Shown: positions 1-10,103, counted from the first letter of the stretch. The stretch is DNA of 64,000 bases from a bacterium (GCA_965213685.1 CBDBZY010000043.1:32001-96000), one strand, 5' to 3'. A program made the numbers and translations. Notes: a model not told the origin generated them from the letters alone.

Positions 1-1
1 G

Positions 2-199
2 GGTTTTGTCGCCTTCTCCGCGGGAACGCAGGGCTGGCTTCTGGGCAGGCTCCACACATACGAGCGCATTCTCCTGTTCGTCTGCTTCATCACGCTCATT
101 TTGTTCATCATTTTCTTCAGCTTCGCCATGCTGATAGTCGGCCTGGTTTGCGGAGGGGTCCCCCTCGTCCGGCAGGTACGGGACATCAGGCGCGCCTGA
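2..199 (+). CDS. 3' end of a membrane protein, probably a TRAP transporter 4TM/12TM fused permease (partial)
   Basis: Frame 2 reads GFVAFSAGTQGWLLGRLHTYERILLFVCFITLILF...VRDIRRA* (TGA 197-199). The hydrophobic helices and G-W-L...ER pattern resemble fused TRAP permease C-termini. Confidence 0.6.
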   Translation, partial: GFVAFSAGTQGWLLGRLHTYERILLFVCFITLILFIIFFSFAMLIVGLVCGGVPLVRQVRDIRRA

Positions 200-238
200 G
201 CGCCGGCGAAAACTCTCCATTCCCATCCGAGGTGGCAC

Positions 239-1477
239 ATGCTCTTCCACAAAGAACGCGCGCTGGACTTCATGGAGAGGTTCGCTCTCGACGCGCTGGT
301 CGCGACGACGCGGCACAACGTCTTATATCTCTCCGGCTTCCAGGGTTGGGCGCAATACACCTACGGCGACGCCACGACGGAGACCTTCGCGCTGTTTTTC
401 CGGGATGCGGACTCTCCGCCGGCCCTGATACTCTCCCGGCAGGACGAGACCTACTATGCGGCGCAGGGCTCCTGGATAGAGGACGTGCGGGGCTACGGCC
501 CCCGCTCGGCACTGGAGATGGAGCCCGGGGAGCGGGGGGTCGGCGAGGAGGAGAGGAACTACGTTTCCCTGATCGCCGAGGACGCCCCGCGCGAGGCGAA
601 CCCGGCGGATGCGCTGCTCCGGGTGTTGCGGGAGCGCGGCGTATCGGGCGGCAGGGTGGCGCTCGACCAGGAGGGAATTCGTCCGGCCACGCGCGGCGGC
701 GTGGAGGCGGCGTTGCCGGGCGCGTCCTTTCTGGACGCCTCGCACCTGTTCCGGCTGATTCGCCTCCAGAAGACGAAAGAGGAGCGCGAACGAATGCGGG
801 CCGCGGCGCTTCTGAACGAGCGGGCGGTCGTCGCGTTCCACAAGGAGATGGCCGTGGGGCGGACGGAGCGCGAGGTGGCGAGCCACTACTACCGCACCGT
901 GGCCGCGGGGGAGGGGAAATGGAGCTGGTTTCATTTGGGAGGAGGGAGGCGCTCCGCCTCCATTTTCCCGCCCTCCGACAGGAGGTTTGAGCCGGGCGAC
1001 GGGTTTTTCTTCGACGCGGGAATGCGGCTGAACCACTACTGCGCGGACGTGGGCTGCTGCGGTTCGTTTGGCGAGCCGGACGCCGGGCGCCGGGCGCAAT
1101 GGAAAGCGATTCAGGCGGGGCTTGAGGCCGCACTCGGCGTGATCCGCGCCGGGGTGCGCCCCTCGGAGATATTTCGCGCGGCGGTCTCGGCGGCGAAAAA
1201 GGCGGGCCTGCCCCGCTACAACGGCGCCTTCTGCGGGCACACCATCGGGGTCGAGGCGCGCGAGCTACCCTATACGCTGAGCGAGCCGGTTCCGCTCGAC
1301 GATCCGTTTTTGCCGGAGACGTCGGACATTCCGCTGCCCGCAGGCGCCGTCCTCTCGGTGGAGTTGCCCTCCGGCAGGTTCGGCGAGGGCGGCGTCCACG
1401 CGGAATACACCGTCGAGGTCACCGAGACGGGCATGGAGCACCTCGGAGAGCGCGTCCGCGAGCACGTGGTGGTGTAG
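239..1477 (+). CDS. M24 family (Xaa-Pro peptidase/creatinase-like) metallopeptidase
   Basis: N-terminal NVLYLSGF creatinase-like domain; pita-bread metal ligands D-AG...ADV, GHTIG, SVE, HAE; RBS GAGG. Confidence 0.85.
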   Translation: MLFHKERALDFMERFALDALVATTRHNVLYLSGFQGWAQYTYGDATTETFALFFRDADSPPALILSRQDETYYAAQGSWIEDVRGYGPRSALEMEPGERGVGEEERNYVSLIAEDAPREANPADALLRVLRERGVSGGRVALDQEGIRPATRGGVEAALPGASFLDASHLFRLIRLQKTKEERERMRAAALLNERAVVAFHKEMAVGRTEREVASHYYRTVAAGEGKWSWFHLGGGRRSASIFPPSDRRFEPGDGFFFDAGMRLNHYCADVGCCGSFGEPDAGRRAQWKAIQAGLEAALGVIRAGVRPSEIFRAAVSAAKKAGLPRYNGAFCGHTIGVEARELPYTLSEPVPLDDPFLPETSDIPLPAGAVLSVELPSGRFGEGGVHAEYTVEVTETGMEHLGERVREHVVV

Positions 1478-1608
1478 AGAGACGTCCCATCCGCTGGAAT
1501 CTCATGATGGGCGATTCTATCGCCCCGGAAGCCGGAATCCCGGCCGGCGCGGCGGGCGTTTCTCGTTTGGGTGGATGCGCGCCCGTCCCCCCGGGGCGCC
1601 CCCGCGCG

Positions 1609-2280
1609 CTACAGCGCGCTTTCCTCCTCGCCTACGCGCGGGTAGGCGACCTTTCCCCAGACCTCCGAGTCGGGGTGTGCCTCGATGTCCGCCCGCATGA
1701 CCTCGAGAATCACCGGAACGATGGAGGCCATGATGCGGCCGCCGTCGCGCAGCTGGGTTCGGCCCCACCCCGCGGAGAACGTGACGCCGCCGTGGAAAAC
1801 CTGGTTGCGCAGCTGATACAGGCGCCGGAAGACCTGCTTGAGGACGCCGTGCACGTCGTGGTTCCCCATGTGTCGCCGGATGCTGTCGTTCTCGCGCTGA
1901 AACCGCGCGCGCCAGCCCCCGCTCTCCCGTTCGTTCCGCACCCATTGCCAGAACGGCTTGAACACGTACTGGTTGTCCAGAAGAATGCGGATCGGCCCCG
2001 GAAACGTCTCCCACAGGATGGTTCTCAGCTGCTTCTGGTTTTGCTCGTCGCGGTGGATGATCTCCCGCAGAAAGCCCGTGAACCTCCCGGTTTCGGTCAG
2101 TCCCTCCTCATCCGCCCCGTTGGGTTCAGCCCCGTAGGCGGCGTTGAACGCGATCCACAGACAAATGAACCTCTCCTCGTCCGAGTCGGCGTCTTCACTG
2201 CGCCGAAGCCAGCTGTCGGCGCGCCGCATCCGGTGCTCGTTGTGCTCCCTTTGCGGTATCTGGGCGTTGGTGCGAATCAT
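1609..2280 (-). CDS. Standalone HEPN-domain protein (putative RNase)
   Basis: FICLWIAFNAAYG helix and an R-x4-H HEPN motif (LYQLRNQVFHGG); RBS GGAG. Confidence 0.75.
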   Translation of the reverse strand: MIRTNAQIPQREHNEHRMRRADSWLRRSEDADSDEERFICLWIAFNAAYGAEPNGADEEGLTETGRFTGFLREIIHRDEQNQKQLRTILWETFPGPIRILLDNQYVFKPFWQWVRNERESGGWRARFQRENDSIRRHMGNHDVHGVLKQVFRRLYQLRNQVFHGGVTFSAGWGRTQLRDGGRIMASIVPVILEVMRADIEAHPDSEVWGKVAYPRVGEEESAL

Positions 2281-2646
2281 CGCCGCTCCCTGCGCGGAGG
2301 AGGGGGGAGACGCGCGGCGACCTCTGCCGCCGGGGAGAGGCCCGTCGGGCGCCTGTCATGGGGGAGGGTTTTGCGCTCCGTCATGCGAGGTAATATGCGG
2401 CATTCGGCCCGGGATTTCAAGCGGGGGGTGATGTCCGGCTGCGCGTAGCCGCCCATGTAGCCGGAACCATAGCAACGCGCGCAGGGCTTTTTCCCGCCCT
2501 CTCCCTCTTGCCGGAAGGATGCGCATGGGCGATATTTTCCTCTTGCGGTGCGAACGGGGCGGGCGCCGGCGGCCAGTTCGGGGGCGACCGCGCCTCCTGG
2601 GCCGGCGGACGTGTTCATTTCTTTGGGATGAGAGGGGACGAGGGGG

Positions 2647-3387
2647 ATGTCGTATTTCTACAGGACGGACGAGATGGAGAAGAACCTCGCGGGGGCGGCC
2701 TACAGCTCGGCGAACGGCGCCTGGGTGCAGGGGGAGCGGCTCATCTTCGGGAAGATGCGGATGCCCGCCGGCACGCGCTCGAACGCGCACGCGCATCCCA
2801 ACGAGCAGTTCGGCTACTGTCTCGCCGGCAGCGTTCGCCTGGAGGTCGAGGGCGAGACGCACGTCCTCGCACCGGGGCACATCGCCTACCGGCCCGCGAA
2901 CGCCGTGCACGCCGCCGAGGTGTTGGGCGCGGCGGACTACGAGTTCATCGTGGCGAAGGATACGGCCGCCGGCATCGCGGGAACTCCCGCCGAGATGCCG
3001 GTCGATCCCGATCGGGGAGGAGGGGAGGGCGCAGGCCGCCTCCCCTATTTCTACGACACCGAGGCGATGGAAAAGGGTCTGGCGGGCGAGGATTACAGCC
3101 CGACCGAGGGTGCCTGGGTGACGGGGGAGCGGATCATTTTCGGCAAGATGCGGATTCCCGCCGGCGGGCGCGCCGAGCCGCACGCGCACCCCAACGAGCA
3201 GTTCGTCATCGTCCTCGCCGGGGCCGCGCGCATGACGATCGAGGGCGAGACCGCCACGCTCGCCCCCGGCGACATCGCCCACATTCCGGCGAATGCGGTG
3301 CACGCGGGCGAGATTCCGGGCGATGCGGACTACGTCTTCGTGACGGCGAAGGACACCTCCTGGGGCATCCAGGGCGTGAAGGTGTGA
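2647..3387 (+). CDS. Bicupin (two tandem cupin_2 domains)
   Basis: Two copies of HAHPNEQ...G...PANAVH; RBS GAGGGGG. Confidence 0.85.
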   Translation: MSYFYRTDEMEKNLAGAAYSSANGAWVQGERLIFGKMRMPAGTRSNAHAHPNEQFGYCLAGSVRLEVEGETHVLAPGHIAYRPANAVHAAEVLGAADYEFIVAKDTAAGIAGTPAEMPVDPDRGGGEGAGRLPYFYDTEAMEKGLAGEDYSPTEGAWVTGERIIFGKMRIPAGGRAEPHAHPNEQFVIVLAGAARMTIEGETATLAPGDIAHIPANAVHAGEIPGDADYVFVTAKDTSWGIQGVKV

Positions 3388-3448
3388 GGGGAGTATAAGA
3401 GCGAGACGACGGGATTTTCTGTTCGACCGCGGAAACGACCCCCCTCCC

Positions 3449-4108
3449 CTACGGGGCGAGGCGCTCCCTCCGCCAGCCGCCGTCCGCCTCCCGCGCGTAG
3501 CGTATGCGGTCGTGGAGGCGGCTCTCCCGGTGCTGCCAGAACTCCACGGAGCGGGGCTTGAGGATGTAGCCGCCCCAATGCGGCGGCCTCGGCACCGCAC
3601 CGCCCGCGTATTCGGCCTCGAGGGCGCGCGCCCTGTGGTCGAGGAACGCGCGATCCGGAATCGGCCGGCTCTGCGGCGAGGCCCACGCGCCCAGCCGGCT
3701 ACCGCGCGGGCGGGAGGCGAAATAGGCGTCCGAGACGCGCGCGGGCAGCCTCTCCACGCGACCCTCCGCGCGCACCTGCCGGCCCGGCTCCTTCCAGTAG
3801 AAGACGAGAGCGGCTCTCGGGTCGTTCGCCAGCTGCGCACCCTTGTCGCTCTCGTGGTTGGTGAAAAAGGGGAAGCCCGCATCCGCTATTCCCAGGATTT
3901 GCGGGTCCTTGTAGAGGACGACGCGGGCGGCGGGCGCGCCGTCGGGGCGGATGGTGGCGAGCGTCATCGCGTCTTCCCGATGGACGCCGGCGCTCCGCAT
4001 CTGCGCATACCAGCGGCGAAACTGGGCGATGGGGTCGCGCGCGACGCTCCCCGCATCCAGGGCTTCTTCCGCCATCTGCCGGATCAACTCTTCATTCGTC
4101 GGGTTCAC
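3449..4108 (-). CDS. pdxH: Pyridoxamine 5'-phosphate oxidase
   Basis: AMTLAT...ARVVLYK, FFTNHESDKG, RQVRAEG, YFASRPRGSRLGAWASPQS, PHWGGY, EFWQ..RLHDR. The GTG start at 4108 was chosen from the RBS; the ORF extends to 4195. Confidence 0.92.
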   Translation of the reverse strand: MNPTNEELIRQMAEEALDAGSVARDPIAQFRRWYAQMRSAGVHREDAMTLATIRPDGAPAARVVLYKDPQILGIADAGFPFFTNHESDKGAQLANDPRAALVFYWKEPGRQVRAEGRVERLPARVSDAYFASRPRGSRLGAWASPQSRPIPDRAFLDHRARALEAEYAGGAVPRPPHWGGYILKPRSVEFWQHRESRLHDRIRYAREADGGWRRERLAP

Positions 4109-4227
4109 TGGCTGCAATAATTCCTCATGTCGTCGCGTTTGTTCGGCGGCGGTGGCTGCCCACCCGTCTGGCCGCGCGTCTGCGCCTGCCCACATGAACG
4201 CCCGGGCGGTCGCGCGCCCATATCAAA

Positions 4228-4908
4228 TCATTGGCGGGCGGGCGTTGGGGGAGCGGGGTCGTTCGGGTGTGCGCTGTCCGGGGTGACGTAGGGGGCCGTC
4301 ATCTCGAAAATCTCCCGGGTTCGGCAGTATTTCGGCCCGCCTAGCCTGCCCACGGGCCGGAGTCTTTCCGGGTCGATGTATTTTTTGCCGCCGGCGACCG
4401 TCAGGATGAGGTCCTCCCGCACGTGCCATCGGAGCACCTCGCCGATGATCAGGTGTGTCACCCATTCGTCGCCGAAGGGGATCATCCGCTCGAAGCGGCA
4501 CTCCATCGCCAGGGGCGCGTCCTTGATGCGCGGGGCGGCCACCAGGTCGGAGGGGAGGGTCTCGAGGCCGGTCGCCTCGAACTCGCTCTCGTCCGGGCCG
4601 TAGTTCCCGGCGCTCCGGTTCATCCGCTCCTCCCAGCCGTTCGCCACCGCGTGGATGACGTAGCCCTTCGTCTCCAGGATGTTGCGCGTCGTGTCCTTGG
4701 GTTTTTTCTCGCGCTCGCCGACGGAGATGGACGCCATGGGCGGATAGTGGGAGACCATGGTGAAGAAGCTGAACGGAGCGAGGTTCGTCCCGCCCGCCGC
4801 ACTCGCCGTGCTCACCCAGGCGATGGGGCGGGGGACGACGGAGCCGATGAGGAGGCGGTAGGTTTGCTGGTGGTCTATCTCGCGGGCGTCGAAGACGCGG
4901 TAGCTCAT
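4228..4908 (-). CDS. Flavin reductase family protein (DIM6/NTAB)
   Basis: VVPRPIAWVST, NLAPFSFF, KDT.RNI, GRLGG motifs; ATG 4 nt after the LLM gene stop. Confidence 0.88.
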   Translation of the reverse strand: MSYRVFDAREIDHQQTYRLLIGSVVPRPIAWVSTASAAGGTNLAPFSFFTMVSHYPPMASISVGEREKKPKDTTRNILETKGYVIHAVANGWEERMNRSAGNYGPDESEFEATGLETLPSDLVAAPRIKDAPLAMECRFERMIPFGDEWVTHLIIGEVLRWHVREDLILTVAGGKKYIDPERLRPVGRLGGPKYCRTREIFEMTAPYVTPDSAHPNDPAPPTPARQ

Positions 4909-4912
4909 TTTT

Positions 4913-6010
4913 TCATCCTTTGGCGAGGGGCGCGAGCCGCGCGGGCTGCGTGTCTTCCAGGAGCGGCATGACCTCCCGGCCGAAAATCTCGGCTTCCTCG
5001 AGATGGGGCCAGCCCGAGAGGATGAAGTTCCGCGCGCCGGCCTCCACGTATTCGCGGAGTGCGGCGGCCACCATGTCGGGGGTGCCCACCAGCATGGCGG
5101 CGGCACCCGAGCGCACCTTGTTCACGCCCATCCAGAGGGTCTCCGTCAGCCAGGGGGAGCCGCTCGCGTAGAGTTCGTTCATGCGCCGCTGCCCCTCGCT
5201 CTCCGAGCGGTTGCGCTGGTCCGCCCAGACGCCGGTGTTCTCGAGGGCGCTGTTCTCCAGCAGCGCGTGGGCGGCGCGCCTCGCCTCTTTTTGGCTCTCC
5301 CGGCAGAGGACGTGGAGACGAAGGCCGAAGCGCAGGTCGTCGCGGCCCGCAACCTCCGCGCGGCGCCTCATGTCCGCGGCGTCCGCCGCGACCTGCTCGG
5401 GGCGCACCGCCCACATCATGTGGACGTCTGCGTGCTTTGCGCCCACGCGGCGTCCCGCCTCCGAGCTGCCCCCGAGGTATATCGCGGGATGCGGCTTCGA
5501 TACGGCGCTGGCGTAGAGGGCGGCGTTTTCGATTTGGTAGTAGCGGCCGTCGTAGCTGACGGGCCCCTCGTTACGCCAGAGCGCCCGGATGATGTCGAGA
5601 TACTCCTCCGTCCGCGCGTAGCGCTCCGCGTGCGCCAGGTGGTCGCCGTATCGCCTCTGGTCCAGAGGCGTTGATCCGGTCACGACGTTCACCGTGAGCC
5701 GTCCGCCCGTGATGGCGTCGTAGGTGTTCGCCTGCTGGGCGGTGAGCACGGGACTCATCAGCCCGGGGCGAAAGGCCACGCAGAACCTGATGCGCTCGGT
5801 TCGTCCCGCGACGGCCAGCGTGATCATCCAGGCGTCGAGGCAGTGGGAGCCGGTGGGGACGAGGAGGTTGACGAAGCCGGCGGCCTCCGCCGCGCGCGCC
5901 ACCGCGCTGATGTAGTCCACGGTCGGGCGCCGCTCGGGAACCCTGGCGTTGATGGCGTGCCCGTCGCCGTATCTTCCCGTCGGCAGAAACCAGGCGTATT
6001 CCGTGGTCAT
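4913..6010 (-). CDS. LLM class FMNH2-dependent monooxygenase (SsuD-like)
   Basis: WFLPT, AEAAGF..LLVPTG..CLDAW, AFRPG, GRLTVNVVTG, YLGGSS, LVGTP, FILSGWPHLEE. Confidence 0.9.
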   Translation of the reverse strand: MTTEYAWFLPTGRYGDGHAINARVPERRPTVDYISAVARAAEAAGFVNLLVPTGSHCLDAWMITLAVAGRTERIRFCVAFRPGLMSPVLTAQQANTYDAITGGRLTVNVVTGSTPLDQRRYGDHLAHAERYARTEEYLDIIRALWRNEGPVSYDGRYYQIENAALYASAVSKPHPAIYLGGSSEAGRRVGAKHADVHMMWAVRPEQVAADAADMRRRAEVAGRDDLRFGLRLHVLCRESQKEARRAAHALLENSALENTGVWADQRNRSESEGQRRMNELYASGSPWLTETLWMGVNKVRSGAAAMLVGTPDMVAAALREYVEAGARNFILSGWPHLEEAEIFGREVMPLLEDTQPARLAPLAKG

Positions 6011-6100
6011 CGGGCTTCCTCAGCCGCGCGAGATGCGCTCCGAAAAGGCGACCCGCAACGCACCCGCGCACCGCACCGGCCAGCCACCGCGCCCCGCCGG

Positions 6101-6751
6101 CTAGGCGGACGCCGCCGCCTCGGCCTCCTGCTCGGCGAGGAGGGCGTCGAGCAGCGCCTGGACGCGCTCCGCCTCCATCCAGTCCGCCTTGTAGGCGATG
6201 CGCCCCGCCTTGTCCACGATGAACGTCATGTTCGGCATCCGGCCGAAGGCGCGCACGACGCTCTCGTCGAGGTCGTCGATGAGGACGGGCACCTTCATGC
6301 CGAACTCCGCCACGAGCTCCTCCGCATACCGCTTCTTGTGGGCGTAGGAGGTGTGCTGGGCGTATTTCTTGAAGTGGCGGGTTTCCCCTGCGTGGGGTTC
6401 TTTCGAATAGACGACGAAAAACGCCACGTCCTTGTCCCGATACTTCTCCTGCAAATCCTCGACGCCGGCCACCTGCCGGCGATAGGGGGGTCAGGTGATG
6501 GCGCCGAACTCGATGACGATGTTCTTCTCGCCGATGAAGTCCGCGAGGCGGAAGGAGGCGTCGTCCGTGGATTTCAGCCGCACGTCGGGCATCGGGTCGC
6601 CCGGCTGCAGGGTGTTGCGGAACGCCTCCTTGCGCTCCTTGCGAAACCCCATGAGGTTGCGCTTCAGGAATTTCCACTTGTCGATGTAGAACGCGCTCCA
6701 GAGACCCATGAGCGGGCCTGGCGGCCTGTCGAACTCGTCGAATTGTCGCAT
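6101..6751 (-). CDS. Iodothyronine deiodinase-like (thioredoxin-fold) selenoprotein; Sec at UGA 6493-6491
   Basis: ORFs 6491-7072 and 6101-6472 are in the same frame. Joined, they read ...IVIEFGAIT-U-PPYRRQV...FFVVYSKEPHAGE...FGRMPNMTFIVDKAGRIAYK. RBS GGAG precedes ATG 6751, and a SECIS-like hairpin follows the UGA. Confidence 0.88.
6463..6481 (-). promoter_or_regulatory. Putative bacterial SECIS element
   Basis: CGCCGGC-AGGUG-GCCGGCG: a perfect 7-bp stem starting 9 nt after the UGA, with G at loop position 2. Confidence 0.7.
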
Positions 6752-6999
6752 GGTCGCTCCAAAGTGGCGGGGGATGAAAAAATATCCCCCCATTAGAGAC
6801 GAACGGCGCGCGGAACGCAAGCGCGGACGCTCCGCCCGGTGCGCGGCGCCCGCCCCGTCTCTCTTCTCTCCCTCCATCAAATTCCCGTATCCCGGAGAAT
6901 TTGGTATGCTCTCCGCGCGGCGTCCGGAAGCCCCTTCCGTTCCGCTGGGGGGTGCGCGCCGGGGAGAGGCGCCCGCCGCCTTCCTCCCGGAAGGAGGGG

Positions 7000-8824
7000 A
7001 TGATGAACAAAAAAAACGCAGTTTTCCATCGGCTATTTCCTGTTCATCTTCCTCATCATGTCCGTGATTCACACGCTCTTCTTTCAGGGCGCCCGCTACC
7101 AGCGCATTCCCTACAGCGAGTTTCGCGTCCTGGTGAAGTCGGGCGACGTGGAGCGGGTGGACATTCGCGGCGACCGCCTCCAGGGGGTTTTGAAGAAGTC
7201 CGACGCGGACGGCCGGCAGAGATATTTCGAGACGGCGAAGGTGCCGGACCCTGCGCTCATCGCGTTCCTCGAGGAGGCGGGCGTCGTCTTTCAGGGCCAG
7301 TTCGAGCCTCCCTGGCTGGTGCAGGTGTTCACGAGCTGGGTGCTGCCGCTAGGCGTCCTCTTCGCCATCTACGCCCTGGTGATGCGGCGGATGGGCCCGG
7401 GCCAGGGGGTGATGGCCTTCGGCCGGAACAAGGCGAAGATATACGCGCAGCAGGAGGTGGACGTTCGATTCTCCGACGTGGCCGGCGTGGACGAGGCCAA
7501 AGAGGAGCTGGCGGAGGTGGTGGATTACCTGAGAAATCCGGATCGCTACCTGCGCCTGGGCGGCAAGATTCCGCGCGGCGTCCTGCTGGTGGGCCCGCCC
7601 GGCTGCGGAAAGACGCTGATGGCCAAGGCCGTGGCGGGAGAGGCGGAGGTCTCCTTCTTCAGCATCAGCGGCTCGGAGTTCGTCGAGATGTTCGTGGGCC
7701 TGGGCGCCGCGCGCGTGCGCGACTTGTTCGAGCAGGCGATGGAGAAGGCCCCCTGCATCGTGTTCATCGACGAGCTCGACGCGCTGGGCAAGGCGCGCGG
7801 CGTCGGGAACCTGGCGGGCGGCCACGACGAGCGGGAGCAGACGCTCAACCAGCTCCTCGTCGAGCTGGACGGCTTCGACACCCGCCGGGGGGTCATCATC
7901 ATGGCGGCGACCAACCGGCCGGAGATTCTCGACCCTGCCCTCCTGCGTCCGGGGCGCTTCGACAGGCAGGTGCTGGTGGACAGGCCGGACCTCCTCGGCA
8001 GAAAGCACATCCTGCGGGTGCACACGAAGGCGCTGGTGCTCGGCGTGGACGTGGACGTCGACCGGATCGCGGAGATGACGCCCGGCCTCTCGGGGGCCGA
8101 CCTCGCCAACCTGGCGAACGAGGCCGCGCTCCTCGCCGCCCGCCACGACCGGGACGCGGTGGTGATGGCCGACTTCGAGGAGGCCTTCGAGCGCGTGTCG
8201 GCGGGCCTCGAGAAGAAATCCCGCGTCATGACGGCCGAGGAGCGCCGCCGGGTGGCCTACCACGAGCTCGGCCACGCGCTGGTGGCGGAGCTGGCGGGCA
8301 CGGCGGACCCGGTGCAGAAGGTCTCGATCATCCCGAGGGGGCTGGCCGCCCTGGGCTACACCCTCCAGCGCCCCACCGAGGACAGATACCTCCTCTCCCG
8401 CAAGGAGATGGAGGACAGAATCGCCGTGCTCCTCGCGGGCCGCGCGGCGGAGGAGGCGGTTTTCGGAGAGGTCTCCACGGGTGCGCAAAACGACCTCCAG
8501 CGCGCCACCGACATGGCCGACTCCATGGTGACCGAATACGGCATGAGCGCGCGCTTCGGCCCCCACGCCCTGCGGGGGGCGCCGCGTCCGCTGTTTCTGG
8601 GCGGCGGGATGAACGGCGCGGCGGCGTCCGACATCAGCGAGGCGACCCGCCGCGAGGTGGACGAGGAGGTGGAGAAAATCCTCGACGGCGCGCATGGACG
8701 CGCCCTGGGGATACTGAAGGAGCGGCGCGGCGACTTGGAGGCGCTCGCCGCGCGCCTGCTCGAGGAGGAAACCATCACGGGCGACGAGCTGCGCGCGGCC
8801 CTGGGGGTGGCCCGCAAGGCGTGA
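7000..8824 (+). CDS. ftsH: ATP-dependent zinc metalloprotease FtsH (N-terminus frameshifted at A8 run 7009-7016, probable assembly error)
   Basis: Walker A GPPGCGKT, Walker [36 protein letters not shown] precedes ATG 7000. Removing one A restores [24 protein letters not shown] (TM1). Confidence 0.92.
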
Positions 8825-8958
8825 GGGGAGCGGAGGGGTTTTCGCGCGAGTGTGTCACGCCATGCCGCGCGGGAAGCCCGCGAAGCCGTTCGAGAACGAC
8901 CCCGCGTTCAGGAATCGTCCCTTCCCAGTATATCCCGTGAAAAGGCGCCCCCTCGCGC

Positions 8959-9954
8959 CTAGAGCCGCATGAGCCGCGCCGGCGTCGCCCGCAGAATCTT
9001 CTCCTGCGCATCCTCGGCGAGCCCCGCCCCCTCCACGAAATCCACCACGCGCTCCTGCATCATGTCGTAGGGGTAGTCCGTGCCGCAGACGACGCGGTCC
9101 GCGCCCACCTCCCCGACCAGCCACCGCAGGGCGGAGGCGTTGAAGGTGATGACGTCGAAATAGAGGTTCCGGAGATAATGCCGCGGCGGGTGCGGCGTGA
9201 GGGCGCGCGTCTCGGGCCGCGCCTCCCAGCAGTGCTGGATGCGGCCCATCGCCCAGGGGAGGTTTCCGCCGGCGTGGGCGAGCAGCACCTCGAGCTTCGG
9301 GTAGCGCTCGAAATGGCCCGAGAGGATGAGCCGCGCCGCGGCGACGGTGGTGGCCAGCGGGTTGCCGACGCAGTTCGCCATGTAGAAGGGGTAGAGCGGC
9401 TTGAAGTCCGCGAAGTCGGGGTGGATGAACACCAGGGCGCCGCGCCTTTCCGCCTCCGCCCAGAACTCCTCGTACTGCGGCTCGTCGAGCGCGTGGGCGC
9501 CGATGCGGTCGGAGATGATGCAGCCGAGCAGCCCCTCCCCCATCGCGCGCGCCAGCTCGGCCGCTGCCGCCTCGCCCCCGTTCTGCATCGGGAGGTTGCA
9601 CAGCCCCCGGAAGTTCCCGGCGTTTTGCTTGCAGAAATCGGCGACGCCTTCGTTCTGCGCGCGGATGATCTCCTCGCCCGCGCGTCCGCCTATCCAGTAG
9701 TAGAAGGTGGGCGGCGGCGGGGAGGCCAGCGCCATGTCGAGGCGGTCCGCCCGCATGTCGCTCAGCTTGCGGGAGACGTCGGCGAGCTGCGCCCCCCACC
9801 TCTCCCGCGTCATCCTGGCGTTGTATTCCGAGGACACCGGCGGGAAGAAACCCTCGAAGCTGTCGGCGTGGTGGGGACGGCACGCGCGATGCTCGGCTGC
9901 GAGCGCCTCCGCCTCCGGGATGTAGATGTGGTGGTGCAGGTCGATGTTGGGCAA
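8959..9954 (-). CDS. Amidohydrolase family 2 protein (ACMSD-like decarboxylase/hydrolase)
   Basis: IDLHHH, VFIHP, LAHAGGNLP, GTDYPYD; TTG start with RBS GGAGG. Confidence 0.88.
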   Translation of the reverse strand: MPNIDLHHHIYIPEAEALAAEHRACRPHHADSFEGFFPPVSSEYNARMTRERWGAQLADVSRKLSDMRADRLDMALASPPPPTFYYWIGGRAGEEIIRAQNEGVADFCKQNAGNFRGLCNLPMQNGGEAAAAELARAMGEGLLGCIISDRIGAHALDEPQYEEFWAEAERRGALVFIHPDFADFKPLYPFYMANCVGNPLATTVAAARLILSGHFERYPKLEVLLAHAGGNLPWAMGRIQHCWEARPETRALTPHPPRHYLRNLYFDVITFNASALRWLVGEVGADRVVCGTDYPYDMMQERVVDFVEGAGLAEDAQEKILRATPARLMRL

Positions 9955-10025
9955 GGGGACTTCCCTCCGTGGGGGTTTTCCTAGTCTCTCGGCTCCGCGC
10001 CGTCTGCCGGCGGTCTTCGGGCGAG

Positions 10026-10103
10026 AGAGTAGATTCTGAAGCCTCTGGCGTCAATCCGCATTCGTCCGCGCCGATTGACGCCTCCGTTGCGGAGTGCGAA
10101 ACT
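10026..10103. promoter_or_regulatory. Back-to-back divergent sigma70-type promoters
   Basis: Inverted repeat GGCGTCAATC-N16-GATTGACGCC (10047-10082) supplies a TTGACG -35 on each strand. Minus strand: 17 nt to TACTCT. Plus strand: 17 nt to GAAACT. Confidence 0.5.

Noticed and set aside
7009-7016. Phase variation or programmed frameshifting at ftsH A8 (and fusA G8)
   Set aside because: The same insertion pattern affects 2-3 nt runs in many housekeeping genes; sequencing error is the simpler explanation.
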